A DNA stretch of 64,000 bases, from contig CAZWYP010000001.1 of assembly GCA_964638415.1 (NCBI GenBank), positions 148,650-212,649 of the forward strand, given 5' to 3'. Shown here one piece after another: positions 59,708-64,000 of the stretch. The notes below the pieces were generated by a model. The model did no database searches, was not told where the DNA came from, and saw only the letters and a list, made by a program, of their open reading frames with translations. Numbering within the stretch: the stretch's first letter is position 1; every line of letters starts with the position of its first letter. The DNA is from an uncultured Gammaproteobacteria bacterium (GTDB lineage: Bacteria > Patescibacteriota > Patescibacteriia > UBA1558 > GWA2-36-10). Position numbers and translations under genes: made by a program.

Positions 59708-59905
59708 ATGGAAAAGAGAGTAAGTTGGAGAAAGGTTATTTTGTATTATAGCGCCATCATCGCTTCAATGACTAGTTTAGGTGGTTTTGTGACTTCTACT
59801 TCAGGGACATATTTTTTGGTGAACGTTTTGTTTTTACCAGTGCCGATTATTCTCTGGCTGACCATTTGGGAGAATAAGAGTAAGAAAGATAATCATTTCA
59901 ACTAA
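59708..59905 (+). CDS. Small 2-TM membrane protein
   Basis: Two hydrophobic segments; upstream TG-T-TATAAT extended -10. Confidence 0.55.
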   Translation: MEKRVSWRKVILYYSAIIASMTSLGGFVTSTSGTYFLVNVLFLPVPIILWLTIWENKSKKDNHFN

Positions 59906-59926
59906 TTCTATTTAATTACTAAACCT

Positions 59927-60106
59927 ATGTTTGGCTTAGGAAACAGGGAAATAATCATCATTGCTATTGTGCTAGTATTGTTGTTTGGAGCGAAAAAAAT
60001 ACCAGAATTGGCTAAGAATATTGTGGAAGCCTTCAAACATTTAACCAGTGTTTTCAAGGATGATTCTTCCCAGTCTAAAGATAAATTGACGGAAAATAAA
60101 AAATAA
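59927..60106 (+). CDS. tatA: Twin-arginine translocase TatA (59 aa, missed by ORF track)
   Basis: MFGLGNREIIIIAIVLVLLFGAKKIPELAKNIVEAFKHL: TM, FG hinge, amphipathic helix. Confidence 0.93.
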   Translation: MFGLGNREIIIIAIVLVLLFGAKKIPELAKNIVEAFKHLTSVFKDDSSQSKDKLTENKK

Positions 60107-60121
60107 AAATAAACTGCGAAC

Positions 60122-60739
60122 TTGATGCTTGTCTCGCGCTATTCTTTTAAATTTTTGTCGCGGGCGGAAGTAAGGAATATCCGCCAGTCTTTGTATCCCG
60201 CTAAAGCCGATACAGCTAATGCTTCAGCAGCAGTAAGAGATGAGAGCAAGCGTTCTTTTCTCAAGCTAGCCGGTTTAGTTGGCTTGGGAGTATTTACCTC
60301 TTCTTTAATACCCAAAAAAGCCAAGGCTTTAGTTTTTGGCTCCACGCCTGCTTCCAATGTGGTAGGCGTCAAGAATGAGAGCGATGTCAGAATTAATCCG
60401 GCTACGGAGGAAACTCTCGGCTCGTTATTAACTGGTCAGGAAGTCAATAAATTGTCTACCAGTTTGTCTTCTTCAGGCAATGTGTTAGTGCCGGCTTCTG
60501 GCAAGAAAATTAGAGTGTATAGCACTCGTTTTTCTTTAACCGCTGATCTTACTTCAGTTTCTTTCCGCTTTACTTCCGGCGGCACTGACCACGAAAAATA
60601 TGTCAGTCCTAAAACTGGGGGCCTGTATGGCGCTAATAACCACCCTAATTTCGTAGAAGGCGGCATTGATGAAGCTTTATATTGCGTTATTTCCGGCACC
60701 GGCACTGTGCAAATTAATATTGATTATTTAGAAATATAA
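60122..60739 (+). CDS. Putative Tat substrate with internal KR-type signal
   Basis: SKRSFLKLAGLVGLGVFTSSLIPKKAKA: Tat-like n/h/c regions with AxA; start codon uncertain. Confidence 0.65.
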   Translation: MMLVSRYSFKFLSRAEVRNIRQSLYPAKADTANASAAVRDESKRSFLKLAGLVGLGVFTSSLIPKKAKALVFGSTPASNVVGVKNESDVRINPATEETLGSLLTGQEVNKLSTSLSSSGNVLVPASGKKIRVYSTRFSLTADLTSVSFRFTSGGTDHEKYVSPKTGGLYGANNHPNFVEGGIDEALYCVISGTGTVQINIDYLEI

Positions 60740-60751
60740 TAAAAAAATACT

Positions 60752-62899
60752 ATGGCCAAAAGAGTAGTTGAACATGTTTTCACCGGTGCAACAGTTTCTT
60801 ATACCGCTTATGATTCCACTAAAACAGTTCTAGGTGAAATGATCCAGCAGCAGACTGGCGCTAATCCCAAAGATAAATATGCCGGACCAATGCCCATTGG
60901 TTTAGCTAGGCCAATGGAAGCTGGTACTGCGATCTCCAGTGCCTATCCTCACGCCATTACTTTCAGTGATGATTTGATTTGGGTATTTTTGGCGGAAATC
61001 AGTACGGCGGCAGCAACTAGAAAAATTAGTGCTTATTCTTTCACTAAATCTACTAATGTTTTTGATTGGTTAGGTTATATTACCTTGACTTTCCCTCCTA
61101 ACACAGCTCATACCGTTCGTGGATTTCGTGTGAGTCGCGAACTTTATACCACCGGTACAGCATCAGCTAGCGGCACGGCTGTAACGGGAACTGGCACCGC
61201 TTGGTCAGCGAGTTTATTAGCAGCAGGCTGTCGGATAGGATTTGGATCAGCTGATCCTACCCAAATTACCACTTGGTACGAAATTTCCTCCATTGGAGGT
61301 GACACCTCTATTACTTTAACGGCCACAGCTGGCACAGTGGTTGATGGCCCCTATGTTATTGAAGATTTGCGAGCAGTAGTTTCAACAACTAATGCCACTT
61401 TAACTAATGGTGGTTTATTTGTAGCAAAGGGTTTAAGAATTGAAAACTTTAATAGCTCTGGAACAACCATTCCGGCCGCTACCACTACTGACAATATCCG
61501 AGCGGTTTATTGGCTGGCTGACGCTGCCACAGTTACCAATACCATTGCTTGCGGTTGCGCCATTGATGATAAAGTCTCTTGGACCGAGCAATACGTTTAT
61601 ATTATTGATGGTACTACTACGACTTGCCGGGTTTACAAATATAATATTAGAGCATCGCTTACCTCTTTATCTTCAGGTAAAAGTACAGCCGCTTGGTCTT
61701 TGACTACGGGAGCGCAAACTCCAACCGGCACGGTGTCCCAAGCTAATAATGGAAGAATTGGTGCTTTGAATCATAATCCAGATGCCGGCACTAAATTTTT
61801 ATATTTTGTTTCAACCACGCGTGTTCTCAGGGCTTTAGTCAGCGGTTTGACTAGTGGTAATACTTCTTGGCAGACTGACACAATGATGGAAGTCCCGCCT
61901 GGCGGATCCTCGACTTTTACGGTCAGCGGCGCCCTGTCTTCTTGCGAAATTTCCAGCATTATCGATCGTTTGGTGATTGTCAGCACTGGTGCAGCTAGCC
62001 AGCGCGGTTATGTGACTAAATTTTATACCGATGGTTCCAATTTTGATCACATTTTCTTAGTTGATGATAAACAGCTGGATCAGAGCTCAGCTGACAGCGG
62101 CGGAGTCACGCACCCGGGAATTTCGACCTCAGCTTTTTCTATTTGGTCAGAGCAAGGCATATTGTTTCTTTGTCGAGGCACTACTTCCGCTACTTCCAAT
62201 CAGTTATACAGTATGCCACTCGGTGCTCATTGGACTTATGCCGGTAATGCCGTAAAACAGCGTTTGATTACTCCGGTCTTAGCTTTGCCAGACATCTCGT
62301 CCTTCGGTAGAATTTTTGTTAATGCCGCTGTGCAATTAGGCAGCGGCACGATGGGTTTACCACCGGAGCCTTATCGTGTTTATTATCGGACCGAAGGTAT
62401 TGATGATGATAGTGGTGATTGGACGCTAATTTCTCAGCACGCGACTGCCGGTGATACTATGGATTTAAGCTCGGTTAGCGCGACTTCGCAAATTCAATTA
62501 ATGTTTGAATTTAAAACAATTGGAGGATATTGTATTCCCGCCAGAATTTACAGTTGTGGAGTAATTTATGAAGATAACACTACAGATTCTCATTATCAAC
62601 CATCAGTTGGTCAATCATCAATAACCAATAAATATTTTGCCTGGAGATTTTCCACCGCTTTTGGTTCTACAGTGCCGACCCTAACCATTAAATTATATGA
62701 TGCTGTTACTGCAGGTTTATTATTAACCGATGATACTGCCAGCCAAGCTAATGGAACTTTTGAAAAGAGTACTGATGGTGGGCAAAGTTGGGGAGCTTAT
62801 AATACCACCGACAAAGCTAATGAAACAACCTATATCCGTTATACGCCCAGTTCTTTGGCTGACAATATTAAAGTTAGAGCTTTACTAACTAGAGTTTAA
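60752..62899 (+). CDS. Large Thr/Ser-rich beta protein without signal peptide, containing a tail-fibre-like segment
   Basis: TTGTASASGTAVTGTGTAW...WYEISSIGGDTSITLT; C-terminal Asp-box STDGGQSW. Confidence 0.75.
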   Translation: MAKRVVEHVFTGATVSYTAYDSTKTVLGEMIQQQTGANPKDKYAGPMPIGLARPMEAGTAISSAYPHAITFSDDLIWVFLAEISTAAATRKISAYSFTKSTNVFDWLGYITLTFPPNTAHTVRGFRVSRELYTTGTASASGTAVTGTGTAWSASLLAAGCRIGFGSADPTQITTWYEISSIGGDTSITLTATAGTVVDGPYVIEDLRAVVSTTNATLTNGGLFVAKGLRIENFNSSGTTIPAATTTDNIRAVYWLADAATVTNTIACGCAIDDKVSWTEQYVYIIDGTTTTCRVYKYNIRASLTSLSSGKSTAAWSLTTGAQTPTGTVSQANNGRIGALNHNPDAGTKFLYFVSTTRVLRALVSGLTSGNTSWQTDTMMEVPPGGSSTFTVSGALSSCEISSIIDRLVIVSTGAASQRGYVTKFYTDGSNFDHIFLVDDKQLDQSSADSGGVTHPGISTSAFSIWSEQGILFLCRGTTSATSNQLYSMPLGAHWTYAGNAVKQRLITPVLALPDISSFGRIFVNAAVQLGSGTMGLPPEPYRVYYRTEGIDDDSGDWTLISQHATAGDTMDLSSVSATSQIQLMFEFKTIGGYCIPARIYSCGVIYEDNTTDSHYQPSVGQSSITNKYFAWRFSTAFGSTVPTLTIKLYDAVTAGLLLTDDTASQANGTFEKSTDGGQSWGAYNTTDKANETTYIRYTPSSLADNIKVRALLTRV

Positions 62900-62908
62900 A
62901 TTAAATTT

Positions 62909-63466
62909 ATGGTTCACATTGATCAACATCAAGCTGTGCCCGAACGGGAAGATCTAAAGGTTTTTAGCCCGACTGGGGATTATCAGGATAACGATTTAAT
63001 TGATTGTTATAAAATAACTGATCCCAGTTTTCCAATCTGTTCATTCCAGGCCCAATTTATTAAGTACGGTTCCTTAGTTTACAAATTTAATTCAGAGGAT
63101 TTATTAGCTGAGGAAATTATGAAAATTGACCCAGAGTCAATTCACGATTCGGTAGTTTTTTATAAAGAGGATAAGCAGAGGAAAAAGATGAGAGAAGAGG
63201 GTAAATTAAAACCTGAAAAACCGGATAGCCCAGTTGTGCCGGAACCGTTACCGCCAGTCCAAGAGGAGGAAATAATTCCTACTCCTATTCCTGAACCAAC
63301 ACCAGAAATAATCCCAGAAAAACCAGTTGTAATACCTAATGAAGAAGTAGTTCCTACTCCACCTTCAATCACCCCGGAGGCTACTCCTGATGTTATAGAT
63401 TATGGGTCAGATATTCCCAGTGTTGAGGATCGGAAGAAACTTTATAAGTATTTACCAAAAGAATAA
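62909..63466 (+). CDS. Hypothetical protein with Pro/Glu-rich C-terminal half
   Basis: PEPLPPVQEEEIIPTPIPEPTPE repeats; operonic spacing. Confidence 0.7.
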   Translation: MVHIDQHQAVPEREDLKVFSPTGDYQDNDLIDCYKITDPSFPICSFQAQFIKYGSLVYKFNSEDLLAEEIMKIDPESIHDSVVFYKEDKQRKKMREEGKLKPEKPDSPVVPEPLPPVQEEEIIPTPIPEPTPEIIPEKPVVIPNEEVVPTPPSITPEATPDVIDYGSDIPSVEDRKKLYKYLPKE

Positions 63467-63634
63467 ATGGCTTTATCTGATATAAATTTTCAAGAATCCG
63501 AAGGCCAGGATTTTATCCTAGAATTACCAGCCGGCACTTTAAATTCCCCGGATGATATATTAGCGGAAGCTGACGGCGGTTTGTTATTGATGGAAGAACC
63601 GGCTAAAGGTGATATTTTTATTATGTCTGAATAA
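63467..63634 (+). CDS. Small acidic protein (55 aa, missed by ORF track)
   Basis: TAAATG coupling to upstream gene; MALSDINFQESEGQDFILELPAG...DIFIMSE; ends 1 nt before tatC. Confidence 0.6.
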   Translation: MALSDINFQESEGQDFILELPAGTLNSPDDILAEADGGLLLMEEPAKGDIFIMSE

Positions 63635-63635
63635 T

Positions 63636-64000
63636 ATGGGGGAAGTTAATAGAAAATTAACTGACTATTACCAGTACTTTGACGATATCAGGCAGAGGAT
63701 ATACGGATTAGCAATTATCTTTACCTTGTTCTTTATTGTCGGTTTTGCTGGCTCCGCCCAGATTTTAAAAGTGATTATTAGTTTCTTTAAATTAGAAAAT
63801 GTGGCTATTGTCATTACTTCCCCTTTTCAGTTTCTGGATTTAGCTATGAGCATTGGCGTTTATACCGGTTTGATTATTTGTTTGCCCCTGTTTATTTACC
63901 ACCTCTATGCTTTTTTAAAAGACAGTTTGTATAAAAAAGAAAGGAAATTGTTTTTCTGGCTATTGCCTATTGGCTTATTATTATTTTCCGCCGGTTTTAC
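63636..64000 (+). CDS. tatC: Twin-arginine translocase TatC, divergent (3' truncated by window edge)
   Basis: YFDDIRQRI (cf. HLxELRxR), TSPFQF, LPLFIYHLYAFLKDSLYKKERK (cf. PxxxYQxWxFxxPGLxxxER). Confidence 0.85.
   Translation, partial: MGEVNRKLTDYYQYFDDIRQRIYGLAIIFTLFFIVGFAGSAQILKVIISFFKLENVAIVITSPFQFLDLAMSIGVYTGLIICLPLFIYHLYAFLKDSLYKKERKLFFWLLPIGLLLFSAGF

Overview
AT-rich bacterial chromosome segment using genetic code 11. Gene content and style suggest a Patescibacteria/CPR genome; this is inference, not checked. The backbone is housekeeping: gyrA (3' part), ruvB, queH, queA, ychF, a UvrD/PcrA helicase, folD, glyA, elp3, a phosphohexomutase, murI, trpS, rnj, secG, uvrC, uvrA, CIRCE-groES-groEL, ppsA and tRNA-Ser(GGA). 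Standalone orphan genes and candidate small RNAs are interspersed, and a cell-surface/secretion region occupies about 47-64 kb. The most striking feature is a non-canonical integron-like element at 9195-11307. It has a tyrosine recombinase lacking the IntI-specific insertion, a divergent attI-like GTTAGGC core and a HEPN-like cassette gene. Its attC-like site has arms about 650 bp apart because a complete second gene sits in the hairpin loop, clamped by its own perfect 11-bp inverted repeat. Other highlights: an Elp3/Trm9-like pair whose start codons overlap in one CATG; promoter-terminator bounded RNA candidates, two of them with C-rich loops; a beta-barrel-like protein with an outer-membrane beta-signal; a WxL-like putative fibre operon with a nested triple-propeller adhesin; a cohesin/dockerin set; and a tatA/tatC locus (both missed by the ORF track) with a KR-type signal substrate. 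All calls come from reading the sequence by eye; no searches were run.
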